From positions 43,411 to 107,410 of the IMG/VR virus record IMGVR_UViG_3300032006_002703: DNA of 64,000 bases. One strand, written 5' to 3'. The notes beneath the pieces were generated by a model that was given only the letters and a program-made list of their open reading frames with translations, ran no database searches and was not told where the DNA came from. This document shows positions 47,238 to 57,894 of this stretch, one piece after another (within the stretch, counting starts at the first letter, position 1; each line of letters starts with the position of its first letter). The position numbers and the translations under genes were made by a program. This DNA comes from a virus.

Positions 47238-48193
47238 AAATTTCAGTCAGAATGGAAGGCGGTCTAGGAGATCACTTTGCGGCAAACCGCTTCATACCAG
47301 CAATAAGAGAGAGGCATCCAAATTGTACGATAGATTTATTTTCAGACACCGAAGGGAATACGGCTCAGTCAGAAATACTAAATAAAATGTGGCCATCTCA
47401 TTTTAATGAAACTTTTATAATCGAAGAAAAAAAATACAAAAATTTCAGAATAAAGTCTACCAACTTTCCAGAAGAGGATCATAGAGGAAATATCAAAAAT
47501 ATTCCAGATGATAAATATAAGACAATGACCGAGGAGTACGACAAGTTTTATGATCTTCATATCGATTCACTAGAATGGTTGAACCACGATTACGACTGGC
47601 TCAAACATTTTTATACTTTTCCGAAGCCAGAAACCTCAGGGAGGTTAAAGGGAGACTCCTGCTGGTTTCCAGAGAAATTCATATTAGCTCATTTATACGC
47701 AAGAGACGATGCGGATTCAAACATGGAGAGCTGGTACATAGAAAGATTGCTTAAAAATATAACACAAGAATTTGACGTTATCGTACTCTATGACGACAAA
47801 TCAGAAGATCAATATAAGGAGCTCATGAAACAAAAAAATGAAAAGCTTCATTTTATGAGAGAGAGCCTAGTAAACATATTTGATATCGCCTCAAGATGTT
47901 CAGCGATGTTTGGAATTGATTCGGGAATCAGGTTTATACCATACCATTACGGAAAGCCAGTATTTACATTCTCAAAATACTGCAAGGAGTACGGCGTTGT
48001 TCAGTACTCGTATTTAATTCGATGGCTCTTCAACGACAGGTATGTATTTCCGCTCCATTACGAAGTGACCAGTGCAGCCAAAATTCTAAAAAACTGCTTA
48101 AAAAATCCAGCCTACCGACTCTACCCCCACCTCCTCGACGACATCGAAAGACTTGTCGCCCAGAGAGATATAACAGAATATATAACAGAATGA
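47234..48193 (+). CDS. Glycosyltransferase-like (GT-B, GT9/GT11-like)
   Basis: GGLGDH, MFGIDSG.....HYGKP. Confidence 0.6.
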   Translation: MKISVRMEGGLGDHFAANRFIPAIRERHPNCTIDLFSDTEGNTAQSEILNKMWPSHFNETFIIEEKKYKNFRIKSTNFPEEDHRGNIKNIPDDKYKTMTEEYDKFYDLHIDSLEWLNHDYDWLKHFYTFPKPETSGRLKGDSCWFPEKFILAHLYARDDADSNMESWYIERLLKNITQEFDVIVLYDDKSEDQYKELMKQKNEKLHFMRESLVNIFDIASRCSAMFGIDSGIRFIPYHYGKPVFTFSKYCKEYGVVQYSYLIRWLFNDRYVFPLHYEVTSAAKILKNCLKNPAYRLYPHLLDDIERLVAQRDITEYITE

Positions 48194-48981
48194 AAGTAGC
48201 TTTATGTTTTAGTGGCAAGCTTGGAGACTGGGACCAGTGCACGGATTCCATTCTTCAAAATATAATTACCCCGCTCAAGCCAGATATCTTTCTAGTAACA
48301 TGGGATGACGAAGACTATCAAAGCTTCGTGCAATTCTACAAACCAAAAAAATGGAAAACATTTAATTTTAAAGAAAAAAAAGAATCTTTAGACAATTTAA
48401 CCTTCGACGTGGTACAGCAACCAAATGCAGGACTTATCCCAATGCTGTATAATCTGCACGCCTGCAGCAGCTTAAGGACGCAGTACGAGCACGCAGCCAA
48501 AATTAAGTACGACCTAATAATAAGAATGCGCCCAGACTTAATGATCCTTGAGCAAATTAAAAAACATGAAATAGACGATTGCATAAAAAACAACATAATC
48601 AGATTACCATATTTCGAGAGCACTAATATTTATAATCATGAAGAGGAGATGGCTAAAGAATTTAGCTTCAGCTTTGTATACGACAAAGCATCACTACCAG
48701 AACAGATAAATGATCAAATAGCAATTGGGCCACACAAAGCTATGCTTAAATACATGACCGCATCAACTCGCGCAAGAGAAGCGATCAACTACTTATGGAA
48801 TGAAGGCTATCCAGAATACATGATCAAGGTGCCAGAATCGGTTTTCACGACTTGCTTAAAATTAAACAACTGCAAATATAAACAACTCACAGGAACAAAC
48901 TCCTTTGGAAACATACAAACCATCCTTCATAAAGATGGCAAAAAATGGCATACAGCAGGACACAACTCAATACAACAATGA
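48190..48981 (+). CDS. Glycan-cluster protein of the MKVALCFSG type (putative glycosyltransferase)
   Basis: MKVALCFSG, KYDLIIRMRPD, NDQIAIG; ATGA-coupled start. Confidence 0.6.
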   Translation: MKVALCFSGKLGDWDQCTDSILQNIITPLKPDIFLVTWDDEDYQSFVQFYKPKKWKTFNFKEKKESLDNLTFDVVQQPNAGLIPMLYNLHACSSLRTQYEHAAKIKYDLIIRMRPDLMILEQIKKHEIDDCIKNNIIRLPYFESTNIYNHEEEMAKEFSFSFVYDKASLPEQINDQIAIGPHKAMLKYMTASTRAREAINYLWNEGYPEYMIKVPESVFTTCLKLNNCKYKQLTGTNSFGNIQTILHKDGKKWHTAGHNSIQQ

Positions 48982-49820
48982 AAATATATCTTTGCGCAAT
49001 AACACAAAACGAAAAAGAAAATATGGATGAGCTTACTCGAGAAATCCATAAAGATCTAGATGGACTAATTATCGTAGACGGTGGGTCTACGGATGGAACT
49101 GTTGAGTTAATGAAAAAGCGCGAAGGTAATGGCGCGGTAGTTCATAGAAAATGGACCAACGACCATGACTTTCAAATGAATGAATTCCTAAGGCAGGGCC
49201 CAATGAAAAACGGAGACTGGTTTATCTTAAGAGATTCTACAGAAAGGTTAAATCCTGACTTCACAAAAAAATGTCACGATTTATGCGCAAGGTTCGACAG
49301 AGCAGGAATCCAAACTGTATACGATAGAAGCAAGATCCTAATGGCAAGATACTATGACGATCAATTTTTTCTAGGTTCGCCGCATTGGGGATTACAAGGT
49401 CAAAGACAGAAGATTATTCGACTAAGTGACGTGGAAGGCTTTGAGGATTCCAACAGTTACGGCTGGACCGTTAGAATAAAGAATAGGTCCCCAGAATACA
49501 ATTATCGCCATCAATTAAAATACTATTATGTTTATGGAAGGTCCAATCATATGCTTCTTGGAAATGAGGAAAACAAAGAGGAATACTTTAGGCTAGAAAC
49601 GCAAAGACAGAGGTTCAGAAAAATATGCGAAGAAAAATATAAATTAAATCATACAATAAAAGACCTAGAATCTTTTTTGTCAACAAACAAATGGCATAAA
49701 GATAATGAATTTATAGAAATAATAAACGACGAAAGAATTCTATCAAAATTTTACAGGAACGCTATATTAAATGAAAGCCCCGATAGTATTAACAGCACAC
49801 AATCGCCCAGAATACCTTAA
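48978..49820 (+). CDS. GT2-like glycosyltransferase
   Basis: ITQNE, IIVDGGSTDGT, DWFILRDSTE. Confidence 0.8.
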   Translation: MKIYLCAITQNEKENMDELTREIHKDLDGLIIVDGGSTDGTVELMKKREGNGAVVHRKWTNDHDFQMNEFLRQGPMKNGDWFILRDSTERLNPDFTKKCHDLCARFDRAGIQTVYDRSKILMARYYDDQFFLGSPHWGLQGQRQKIIRLSDVEGFEDSNSYGWTVRIKNRSPEYNYRHQLKYYYVYGRSNHMLLGNEENKEEYFRLETQRQRFRKICEEKYKLNHTIKDLESFLSTNKWHKDNEFIEIINDERILSKFYRNAILNESPDSINSTQSPRIP

Positions 49821-50676
49821 GTTGGTTATTGACTCTCTAGCTGGTCAATGCGACGACAGGGATACCTTTTGTTTTATAGACGGGCCCCGCTTCAAAGAGG
49901 ATGTAGATAAGGTTATTGAGTGTTACGAGATATGTAAGAATGACTTACCCAATGCTCAAACCTTTTGTGCCAACCAGAATTTAGGAGTCGCCTTCTTAAT
50001 GAAAGCTGCGAGAGAAAAAGCCTTCGAAGAAAATGACTTCCTGATATTAATAGAAGACGATTCCGTACTTCAACCCCATTACATCAGACAGCTCGATATG
50101 CTTATTGATAAATTTAGAGATGACGAGCGAGTAGCTATGATAAATTGCTTCGGAGAACACCACCGCTCAAAGACATCACATAGGTATTCCTACATTAACT
50201 ATACGGATGACCTTGATCTTAAAACCCCCTACAGAGAACAGGAGGAGAATAAAGACAAGTTAATCCTTATGGATCATCTCTGGGCTTACGCAATGAGAAA
50301 AAGTTCATATGAAAAAATATACGATATAATGGAGGGGTACTGGCAGTTGCTACCTCAAGAATATAGAGCCAGGCCGCATCAATTAATACATGAGCATATG
50401 TCTAAATTTGGAATAGATCCAAATAAAATAGTTTCCAGCCAAGACTCATGTACCTCTTCGGCATTCGCCGCAAGAGGAATGATTAAGCTCTCGACGTTTA
50501 CGAATAACTTTGAATATATAGGAGCTACTGGAGAGCATAGCAGGCCAGAGTTCTTCAAGAAGGCGGGTTGGGACGATCAAGATGTCTATGACAAATATCA
50601 AGACGACTTCATTTGGAACGAAAAAGTTTATTTAGAAATAGAACAACATATAAAAAAGAAATATTTAAAATGTTAA
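49771..50676 (+). CDS. GT-A fold glycosyltransferase
   Basis: HNRPEYL, FIDGP, NLGV, ILIEDD, YIGATGEH. Confidence 0.8.
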   Translation: MKAPIVLTAHNRPEYLKLVIDSLAGQCDDRDTFCFIDGPRFKEDVDKVIECYEICKNDLPNAQTFCANQNLGVAFLMKAAREKAFEENDFLILIEDDSVLQPHYIRQLDMLIDKFRDDERVAMINCFGEHHRSKTSHRYSYINYTDDLDLKTPYREQEENKDKLILMDHLWAYAMRKSSYEKIYDIMEGYWQLLPQEYRARPHQLIHEHMSKFGIDPNKIVSSQDSCTSSAFAARGMIKLSTFTNNFEYIGATGEHSRPEFFKKAGWDDQDVYDKYQDDFIWNEKVYLEIEQHIKKKYLKC

Positions 50677-51323
50677 AATACGATATATGCATGGCAACAT
50701 GGAATCGGCCCAATGCATTAAAACTAACCCTAGATACCCTGCTATGCAGTGACTTATCACGATGCAACAAAATCTATATTCACGACGACCACTCAACCAA
50801 TCAGGATACACTAGATCTACTAGCTTCGCTTAGCTGCCACGAAAAAATCAAAATATTTAGACAGCCCCAAAACTTAAAGCCTAAAGAAAATACAAGCATG
50901 TGCATGAAGGCGTCAACAACAGAAGAGTTAGTAATAATAGGATCCGACTCAAAATTCAACAAAAACTGGCTGAATAAAATGCACGAAATAAAAGAAAAAG
51001 CTTCCCGCCTAGGAAACTGGGGAGCAGTAAGCGTTACGAATTTTAAAAATCACAAAGTAATAAAAAAACTCGAAGAAGATTTTGTACTAAAAAATAGCAT
51101 ATCCAGTTTTGCTACAATGTACAGAAGAGAAATACTCAACATGCTCTACGAGGAGGGCGAGGCAAAGACATGGAAGAGGGGGTATGACTGGATGTACTCA
51201 GATAAGTGCGTAAGCCTAGGACTCCCAATATACTCCACCAACCACTCATATGTAAGCCACGTCCTCCATCAAGGAGAGGGCGGAATACATGGACACGTTA
51301 AAGAATTTAGCTTCATAGAATGA
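50670..51323 (+). CDS. GT2-like glycosyltransferase
   Basis: TWNRP..LK.TL, IHDDHST, SYVSH. Confidence 0.78.
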   Translation: MLKYDICMATWNRPNALKLTLDTLLCSDLSRCNKIYIHDDHSTNQDTLDLLASLSCHEKIKIFRQPQNLKPKENTSMCMKASTTEELVIIGSDSKFNKNWLNKMHEIKEKASRLGNWGAVSVTNFKNHKVIKKLEEDFVLKNSISSFATMYRREILNMLYEEGEAKTWKRGYDWMYSDKCVSLGLPIYSTNHSYVSHVLHQGEGGIHGHVKEFSFIE

Positions 51324-52042
51324 TTCCTAAAAAAATATTTACCTCATTCAAACCTAACCTCGGCGAATGCGAGGAGTGCAGGAGAACTATAGAGGAATGG
51401 AAAAGCCTTAATGAGAGTTTCGAGGTATTATACTTTTCAGATGAGGAAGTAGGACAATTCTTTAAAGACTACGAACCAGGTAGAATGGCTTACGATATTC
51501 TCAACAACGGAACCTCCATAGCGGATTTCTTCAGGATCTGTTACATACATGCAGAAGGCGGAATATGGGTTGATTTTGACATGGCCCCCTTCAGTTTACT
51601 AAACCATATTAAGGAATCTTACCTAGAGAATGAGAACCTCTTCTTTGATCTAGGCCACAAAAACATAAGCTACATGTTGATATCTGGAGCAGTAAAGAGT
51701 AATCTTTTTCAAAAAGCAGTTGAACAAATTGCTGAAAACATATTTTCCATAAAGGATCAGATTTACGGAAAAAACATATACCCCTCCAAGGTAGGCAGCG
51801 GCTCAGACCTAGACATAACGGGACCACATGCATTTCAAAACTTTATATCAGAAGAATTTGGTATGCGAATATTCGACGGGAACTTCCCTGGGGACAATTA
51901 CAAGCGCCATTCTTCAAGCGACATGAATTTCTTCTATACCCCAGTTTATGGACTAACAAAGAAAACAGAAGCCTACAAGCAACTTCAACAAAAGCATCAA
52001 CTAAAATATTGGAGAGACCACCTCAAAAGGGAATCAGCATGA
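51320..52042 (+). CDS. GT32-like (DxD) glycosyltransferase
   Basis: MIPKKIF, ADFFRICYIH.EGGIWVDFD, ITGP. Confidence 0.85.
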   Translation: MIPKKIFTSFKPNLGECEECRRTIEEWKSLNESFEVLYFSDEEVGQFFKDYEPGRMAYDILNNGTSIADFFRICYIHAEGGIWVDFDMAPFSLLNHIKESYLENENLFFDLGHKNISYMLISGAVKSNLFQKAVEQIAENIFSIKDQIYGKNIYPSKVGSGSDLDITGPHAFQNFISEEFGMRIFDGNFPGDNYKRHSSSDMNFFYTPVYGLTKKTEAYKQLQQKHQLKYWRDHLKRESA

Positions 52043-52791
52043 AGACTTCTAAAAAAATAATTAAAATCTTTGGTCTTAAAAGGTCAGGAACAAACTATCT
52101 GGAATGGATTCTAAAGAATAACTTTAAAGACCTACTCGTCTTCACTAATCAGTTTCAAGAAAAGGGCGGGGTGCCCCAAGAATTATCAAACATCCTCGGA
52201 GACAATATAGGCAACAAGCACGAAAGTCCAACGCAGCTTATGAGTAAAATCTGCACAGGAGCCCCCCTTACGAAACATGAGAAGGACAGGCTATTCTCAC
52301 ACGCCTATTTCAATAAAGAAAATAGGCTAGAGGCAGAGAGTATCATCTCAGCAAGAAACGTATACTATATATTCAATACTAAAAATCCATTTTCATGGTA
52401 CGAGAGTTTTTGCAAGTTCTTTGGACACAACATGCACCCGATCCAAAAAAAATATCTAATTAAATATTCTAGCATATACGAGAGCTACTACGATTTCCTT
52501 GACAAACATGAGGATCGATGCCTAATAGTGAGGTACGAAGATCTACTAAGCAAGACAGAGAACTCCCTTTCCTTAATTTCTAAAAAACTTAACATAAATA
52601 CTACAGCAAGCGTACGCCGACCGCCATCAAGAATAGGGCCAGATTTATGTAAAACAGGAAAACCATTTGATAAAAAGAGTTATTTTTTAAATGAGGAATT
52701 CATGGAGAAGTATTCCCAAGAAGAAATAAAACTAATAGGAAGCCTACTCACTGATAGGTCTAGAAACTTATATCGCAGCTCCATCATTTAA
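52039..52791 (+). CDS. Sulfotransferase-like protein
   Basis: GLKRSGTNYL PAPS-binding loop, KNPFSW..S, IVRYEDLL. Confidence 0.72.
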   Translation: MKTSKKIIKIFGLKRSGTNYLEWILKNNFKDLLVFTNQFQEKGGVPQELSNILGDNIGNKHESPTQLMSKICTGAPLTKHEKDRLFSHAYFNKENRLEAESIISARNVYYIFNTKNPFSWYESFCKFFGHNMHPIQKKYLIKYSSIYESYYDFLDKHEDRCLIVRYEDLLSKTENSLSLISKKLNINTTASVRRPPSRIGPDLCKTGKPFDKKSYFLNEEFMEKYSQEEIKLIGSLLTDRSRNLYRSSII

Positions 52792-52797
52792 AATAAA

Positions 52798-53601
52798 ATG
52801 ACAAACGCCCAGAAAATAATTTTCCCCTGCTTTATTGGGGAGTTTGGGCATGAGCTATTTAATTGGCAGGCGCACCTTCGAAAGTTATCCAGATCTTATT
52901 CACACGTAATCACTTATTGTAGGGATAGAAATACTGAATTGTATAAAGATTTTTCCCACGAAATAATAACAATAGACAGTGAATCACTTCCTGCCGACCT
53001 AAACTCCGAGAGTAGCATGGTGGTGCTACCGAAGCAATTCAGTAATAGCGAGAACAATTCCCTCTTTATATGTCCACCAACCCTACCCCCAACACGGAAA
53101 GAGTGGGAGGAGTGTGAACCCCACCCCGAATATGTACCCCTTGGTAATAAAGAAACAAAAAAAACCTATGATGCGGTATTGCACTTACGAAACAGGGTTC
53201 ACAGGCAACACGGCAATGATAGTTTAGACTGGAGCTTGAAACTTACAGAGAGGTTATCAAGAGAATACAATATATGCATCATAGGTGCGACTGGTGGAGC
53301 GGTGAACCCGAACGACCACGGCCTTAATGTACCAGCCTTTTTTGATAAAAACTTGCGCGATCTAGCCCTTATTTGCCGAAGCTCTAAAATTTGCGTTGGA
53401 GTCTCAAGCGGCCCGATGCACTTTTCAGCCCTATGCGAAACCCCCGTATGCGTATGGACAAACGAGCGCGGCATGAAACTCCACAATAGATACAAAACAA
53501 CATGGAACCCGTTTAAAGTAGGGGTTGATTATTTCCCAAATAGGCCATCTATAGAACAAATACTTGAATCTGTCAGCTTAAAACAAAATAATACAACATG
53601 A
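52798..53601 (+). CDS. GT9-like glycosyltransferase
   Basis: GEFGHELF.WQ, CVGVSSGPMHFSALC.TP. Confidence 0.7.
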   Translation: MTNAQKIIFPCFIGEFGHELFNWQAHLRKLSRSYSHVITYCRDRNTELYKDFSHEIITIDSESLPADLNSESSMVVLPKQFSNSENNSLFICPPTLPPTRKEWEECEPHPEYVPLGNKETKKTYDAVLHLRNRVHRQHGNDSLDWSLKLTERLSREYNICIIGATGGAVNPNDHGLNVPAFFDKNLRDLALICRSSKICVGVSSGPMHFSALCETPVCVWTNERGMKLHNRYKTTWNPFKVGVDYFPNRPSIEQILESVSLKQNNTT

Positions 53602-54188
53602 TCCCCAAAGATAAAGTTATTTCGTCCTGGAAAAACAGGGCAATCAAACAAGGGGAGAGGACAGTTGGTTACCTCAATAGAAGCATGGACGTTCAGGATA
53701 ATGAGCACGAAATTCGTTCTAGCTTTATTTCAAGTCATATAGATAAAACAAAAAAAGTCCTAGATTACGGTTGTGGAACAGGAAGGCAGACCTGTCTATT
53801 CAATAAAGGGAATTATATAGGAGCGGACATTACAGCGGAGTTGCTTGAAATTGCAAAAAAGCTCTATCCTGAGCATAACTTCCTTCAATTAAGCGAGGTG
53901 GGAGAAGTTCCAGATGTAGAATTCGATATGTTTTTCACATCGACGGTTTTACAACACAACTCGGATGAAACAGTAAACCTAATATTCTCCAATCTTAAAA
54001 AAATAAAGCCAGACAACCTAGAGTTTGTATTATACGAAAACTCCAGGACCCAATGCGGGCACGTAAAGGGAAGAAGCTCAAGCGAATACGTTAATTTAAT
54101 TTCCAACTTCTTTAACATTAAGAGTCATTCAGGGAGTACTCACGTCATTCACGGACAGGAGCATGGGGTTAGTATTATCAAAACATGA
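53598..54188 (+). CDS. Class I SAM-dependent methyltransferase
   Basis: VLDYGCGTGR, GADI, VLQH. Confidence 0.88.
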   Translation: MIPKDKVISSWKNRAIKQGERTVGYLNRSMDVQDNEHEIRSSFISSHIDKTKKVLDYGCGTGRQTCLFNKGNYIGADITAELLEIAKKLYPEHNFLQLSEVGEVPDVEFDMFFTSTVLQHNSDETVNLIFSNLKKIKPDNLEFVLYENSRTQCGHVKGRSSSEYVNLISNFFNIKSHSGSTHVIHGQEHGVSIIKT

Positions 54189-55561
54189 ACAAAGGAGTCC
54201 AGTTAATAATTTTCGACCTCGATGGAGTCATCATAGACTCCAGGGAACTTCATTATGAATGCTTAAACGCTGCCCTATCAACCATTAACCCTAAATATAT
54301 AATAAAAAGAGAAGAACACCTTTCTGTTTTTGACGGCCTACCAACTACAAAAAAATTAAGACTACTCACAAAAAGAAAAGGTCTACCAGAAAACCTTTAC
54401 GATAAAATCTGGAACCTAAAACAGAAGGCTACGCGAGAAAGACTTCTTGATCTAGAAAGGGACTACAAATTAATAGAGATAATGATGTCACTTAAGGATC
54501 GTGGGATTAAAATTGCAGTCGCATCAAACTCTGTAAGAGAAAGCGTTAAAATGACCCTCCTAGGAAAGGGTTTAATGAAATATGTAGATTGCTTTTATTC
54601 AAACGAAGATGTAATGAGAGGGAAACCTAATCCCGAAATGTATTATAAGTGCATGATAAAATTAGGTATTCCAGCAAAAAATACTATAATAATAGAGGAC
54701 TCCCATACAGGTAGGATGGCAGCAGAATCCTCTGGAGGTAACCTACTTGCAGTTAAAAATTGTGAGGATGTAACTTTAGAAAATATAAATTTTAAAATAG
54801 AAAAAATGACTAAAACAGAAAAAGTACCTTGGCAAGGTGAAGATATGAACGTGTTGATACCCATGGCGGGAGCGGGAACCAGATTCGAGCAAGCGGGTTA
54901 TACGTTCCCAAAACCTTTAATAGATGTAAGAGGCAAGCCTATGATTCAATGGGTGGTAGAAAGCCTAAACATGAACGCGAATTACATTTTTATCGTTCAA
55001 GACGAGCATTACAAAAGGTATGCCCTACAGCATACCCTCAGCCTTATAGCCCCCAATTGTAAAATTGTCACAGTGAGCGAATTAACAGAAGGTGCGGCAT
55101 GCACTACTCTACTAGCTAAAGAATTCATCAATAACGATCGGCCGCTACTACTTGCAAATTCAGATCAATTTGTCGACTGGGAAAGTAATGAGTTCATGTA
55201 CTCAATGATTGCTGATGAAATTGACGGAGGCATATTAACATTTAAATCAACCCACCCCAAATGGAGCTATGCAAAGCTAAACGAAGACGGCTTCGTGACA
55301 GAGGTTGCAGAAAAAATTCCTATCAGTGAACACGCTACGGTAGGAATCTACTACTGGAAACACGGGTCAGATTACGTTAAGTATACAGAGCAAATGATAG
55401 AAAAAAATATCAGAGTAAACAATGAATTCTACGTTTGCCCAGTATACAACGAAGCCATACAAGACGATAAAAAAATAAAAATCTCCCACATTGAGTTTGA
55501 AAACATGTGGGGACTGGGAACTCCAGAGGATTTAAAATATTTCATAGACAACTATAAATGA
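54185..55561 (+). CDS. HAD phosphatase fused to sugar-phosphate nucleotidyltransferase
   Basis: IFDLDGV, KPNPE, IEDS, then LIPMAGAGTRF...PKPLIDV, TEGAACT, EFYVCPVYN, GLGTPEDL. Confidence 0.9.
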   Translation: MNKGVQLIIFDLDGVIIDSRELHYECLNAALSTINPKYIIKREEHLSVFDGLPTTKKLRLLTKRKGLPENLYDKIWNLKQKATRERLLDLERDYKLIEIMMSLKDRGIKIAVASNSVRESVKMTLLGKGLMKYVDCFYSNEDVMRGKPNPEMYYKCMIKLGIPAKNTIIIEDSHTGRMAAESSGGNLLAVKNCEDVTLENINFKIEKMTKTEKVPWQGEDMNVLIPMAGAGTRFEQAGYTFPKPLIDVRGKPMIQWVVESLNMNANYIFIVQDEHYKRYALQHTLSLIAPNCKIVTVSELTEGAACTTLLAKEFINNDRPLLLANSDQFVDWESNEFMYSMIADEIDGGILTFKSTHPKWSYAKLNEDGFVTEVAEKIPISEHATVGIYYWKHGSDYVKYTEQMIEKNIRVNNEFYVCPVYNEAIQDDKKIKISHIEFENMWGLGTPEDLKYFIDNYK

Positions 55562-56586
55562 GCACAATCATATTAACAGGAGTCACAGGTCAAGATGGAA
55601 GCCACATGGCAGACTATCTCCTAAAAAATACGGATCATAAAATTCATGGAGGAGTGAGAAGATTAAGCGTTCCGAATCATAAAAATATTAAACATATAAA
55701 ATCTAACAAGTTCAACTTGATCAGTTTAGATTTAACAGATAGCCATAGCATAGAGAAAAGTATAATAGACCTATCTCCAGATTATTTTATCAATTTTGCA
55801 GCGCAATCTTTTGTGGGAGGGAGCTGGGATTACCCAAAGCAAACCTTCGAAACAAACGCGACAGCTGTGCTAGATATCTTAGAATCAATAAGAAAGCATG
55901 CTCCGTCCTGTAGATTCTATAACGCAGGAACAAGTGAAGAATTTGGGGACGTGGAATACTCCCCTCAAGACGAGCTACACCCACTAAAGCCTCGCAGTCC
56001 ATATGGAGCAAGTAAAGCTGCGGCAAGACATTTAGTAAAAGTTTATAGGGAATCTTACAATTTGTATGCAGTGCAGGGCTGGTTATTTAATCACGAAGGC
56101 ACCAGAAGGGGCGAGGAGTTCGTGACTAGAAAAATTACAAAGTCTGTTGCAAAAATAAAGAAGGCAATAGAAGAAAACCTAGAATGGGAACCCCTTGAAT
56201 TAGGAAACTTGGACGCTCATAGAGATTGGAGCGACGCAGAAGACTTCGTGGATGGAATATGGAAAATGCTTAATCAAGAGAAGCCAAAGGATTATATCCT
56301 TTCAAGCGGAAAAGCTCATACTATTAGGGATTTTGTAGAAACTGCGTTTCGTTTTGTAGGCATAGATGGGTATTGGGTATCTAGCGGTATAAAAGAAAAG
56401 TATAAAACTGCGTCAATCGATCAAGAACTAGTAAAAATAAACCCTAAATTTTATAGACCTGCTGAAGTGGAATACCTTTTAGGGAATTCAAATGCGGCGA
56501 AGGAAGGAATCGGATGGTTACCCAAGGTTTCGTTCAAAAAACTAGTAGAAAAAATGGTGATTAATGATCAAAAGCAACTAGAATGA
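55558..56586 (+). CDS. gmd: GDP-mannose 4,6-dehydratase
   Basis: TGVTGQDGS, AAQSFV, PRSPYGASK, FNHE..RRG.EFVTRKI, LGNLDA.RDW, YRPAEV. Confidence 0.95.
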   Translation: MSTIILTGVTGQDGSHMADYLLKNTDHKIHGGVRRLSVPNHKNIKHIKSNKFNLISLDLTDSHSIEKSIIDLSPDYFINFAAQSFVGGSWDYPKQTFETNATAVLDILESIRKHAPSCRFYNAGTSEEFGDVEYSPQDELHPLKPRSPYGASKAAARHLVKVYRESYNLYAVQGWLFNHEGTRRGEEFVTRKITKSVAKIKKAIEENLEWEPLELGNLDAHRDWSDAEDFVDGIWKMLNQEKPKDYILSSGKAHTIRDFVETAFRFVGIDGYWVSSGIKEKYKTASIDQELVKINPKFYRPAEVEYLLGNSNAAKEGIGWLPKVSFKKLVEKMVINDQKQLE

Positions 56587-57008
56587 GAAGTATAGCTCAT
56601 AGAGGAAACACTGAAGGAAGAAATAAAAAGCTAGAAAACCACCCCAATTATATTTCTAACGCAATCCACGAAGGTTACGATGCAGAGGTTGACGTTTGGT
56701 TGTCTGACGGTCTCGATTTAGGACACGATAAACCCCAGTACTCAATTGAATTAGATTACCTATTGAGTTTTAGCGAATTCCTATGGATTCATTGTAAAAA
56801 CCTAGAGGCCTTACATTTCCTTAATGAATTCCCAGAGTTAAATGTATTCTGGCATCAAAAGGATGACTTCACACTTACTTCTAAAAACTTTATATGGACC
56901 TATCCAGGAAAGCAGGTGACGCAAAATTCAATTTTAGTAATAGGAGACGCTTGTAAATACGAAGGACCCTCGTGTTATGGACTTTGTGCGGATAATTTTA
57001 AAGAATGA
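56583..57008 (+). CDS. Short glycerophosphodiester phosphodiesterase-like protein
   Basis: IAHRGN, EN.P, EVDVW, LGHD.P, WIHCKN. Confidence 0.8.
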   Translation: MRSIAHRGNTEGRNKKLENHPNYISNAIHEGYDAEVDVWLSDGLDLGHDKPQYSIELDYLLSFSEFLWIHCKNLEALHFLNEFPELNVFWHQKDDFTLTSKNFIWTYPGKQVTQNSILVIGDACKYEGPSCYGLCADNFKE

Positions 57009-57832
57009 AACCATCAATTTCAGACCCCAAGTGGCGCCTTAGATTTTTTAAAGATCTGCAAAAAAGATTTTTTGAGTTAGAGAGAAAAATCTCTATTGTA
57101 ATTCAAGGTCCGCTCCATAAGAGGTCGATCAGAACTATTCCACATTATCTAAAATATGGAGATGTTGTAGTTTCCTGCTGGGACAAAGATGACTTAAGCT
57201 TACTGAGGGAGTATAGAGATAAAGTAACACTTGTTGTAAATAAACGGGAAGAGGTTCCACGCAGCAGACTCAGATCATTTGGAAGGCATGGGCCAAACCC
57301 ATGGATTTTACAAAATTATTCTTCATATCACGGAGTAAGTGCGGCAGATGGATTCTTTGCGATTAAACTAAGGTCGGATGAGTCGTATCCAGACCTTAAT
57401 GCAATAATTCATAAATTATATTTCTGGAATGAGGATACAAAATTTTCCACAAAATTCATAACCTCAGATATTTATTTCAGATTCGATAGGGAAGAACCAT
57501 TTCACCCATCAGATCATATAATCGCAGGCAAAAGAGATCAATTAAAAAGAGGTTTCGAGAGAGCTATATTTAATGCAAGGGCAGAAATTCAAAAAAAATA
57601 CGCTTTCCCAGAAAGATTGATTTGCGAATCCTTTTTAGAGACGATCTGGGATCCTGAAGCCAAATGCTTTATTCGTGCAGAGAAAAGCAGGTCAAAGGAA
57701 TTAATGAAAAAGTATTTTGATATAATACCTATTCGTCTATTAAAAGATTTTACATGGTCTTCAAGCTATAGGAAGTATGAGGGATTAAAACAGCCAGAAT
57801 TGGGGTGGTGCCAGGATATAAGTGCAATATAA
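57005..57832 (+). CDS. WavE-like polysaccharide synthesis protein
   Basis: ISIVIQGP, VVSCW, Q..S...G, AIKLRSD, FHPSD, PE. Confidence 0.7.
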   Translation: MKPSISDPKWRLRFFKDLQKRFFELERKISIVIQGPLHKRSIRTIPHYLKYGDVVVSCWDKDDLSLLREYRDKVTLVVNKREEVPRSRLRSFGRHGPNPWILQNYSSYHGVSAADGFFAIKLRSDESYPDLNAIIHKLYFWNEDTKFSTKFITSDIYFRFDREEPFHPSDHIIAGKRDQLKRGFERAIFNARAEIQKKYAFPERLICESFLETIWDPEAKCFIRAEKSRSKELMKKYFDIIPIRLLKDFTWSSSYRKYEGLKQPELGWCQDISAI

Positions 57833-57894
57833 TTTTCGTTGAAATTCTTGTTTTTAAGACTACTATTCAAATAGAGGGTGTACATTTATACATT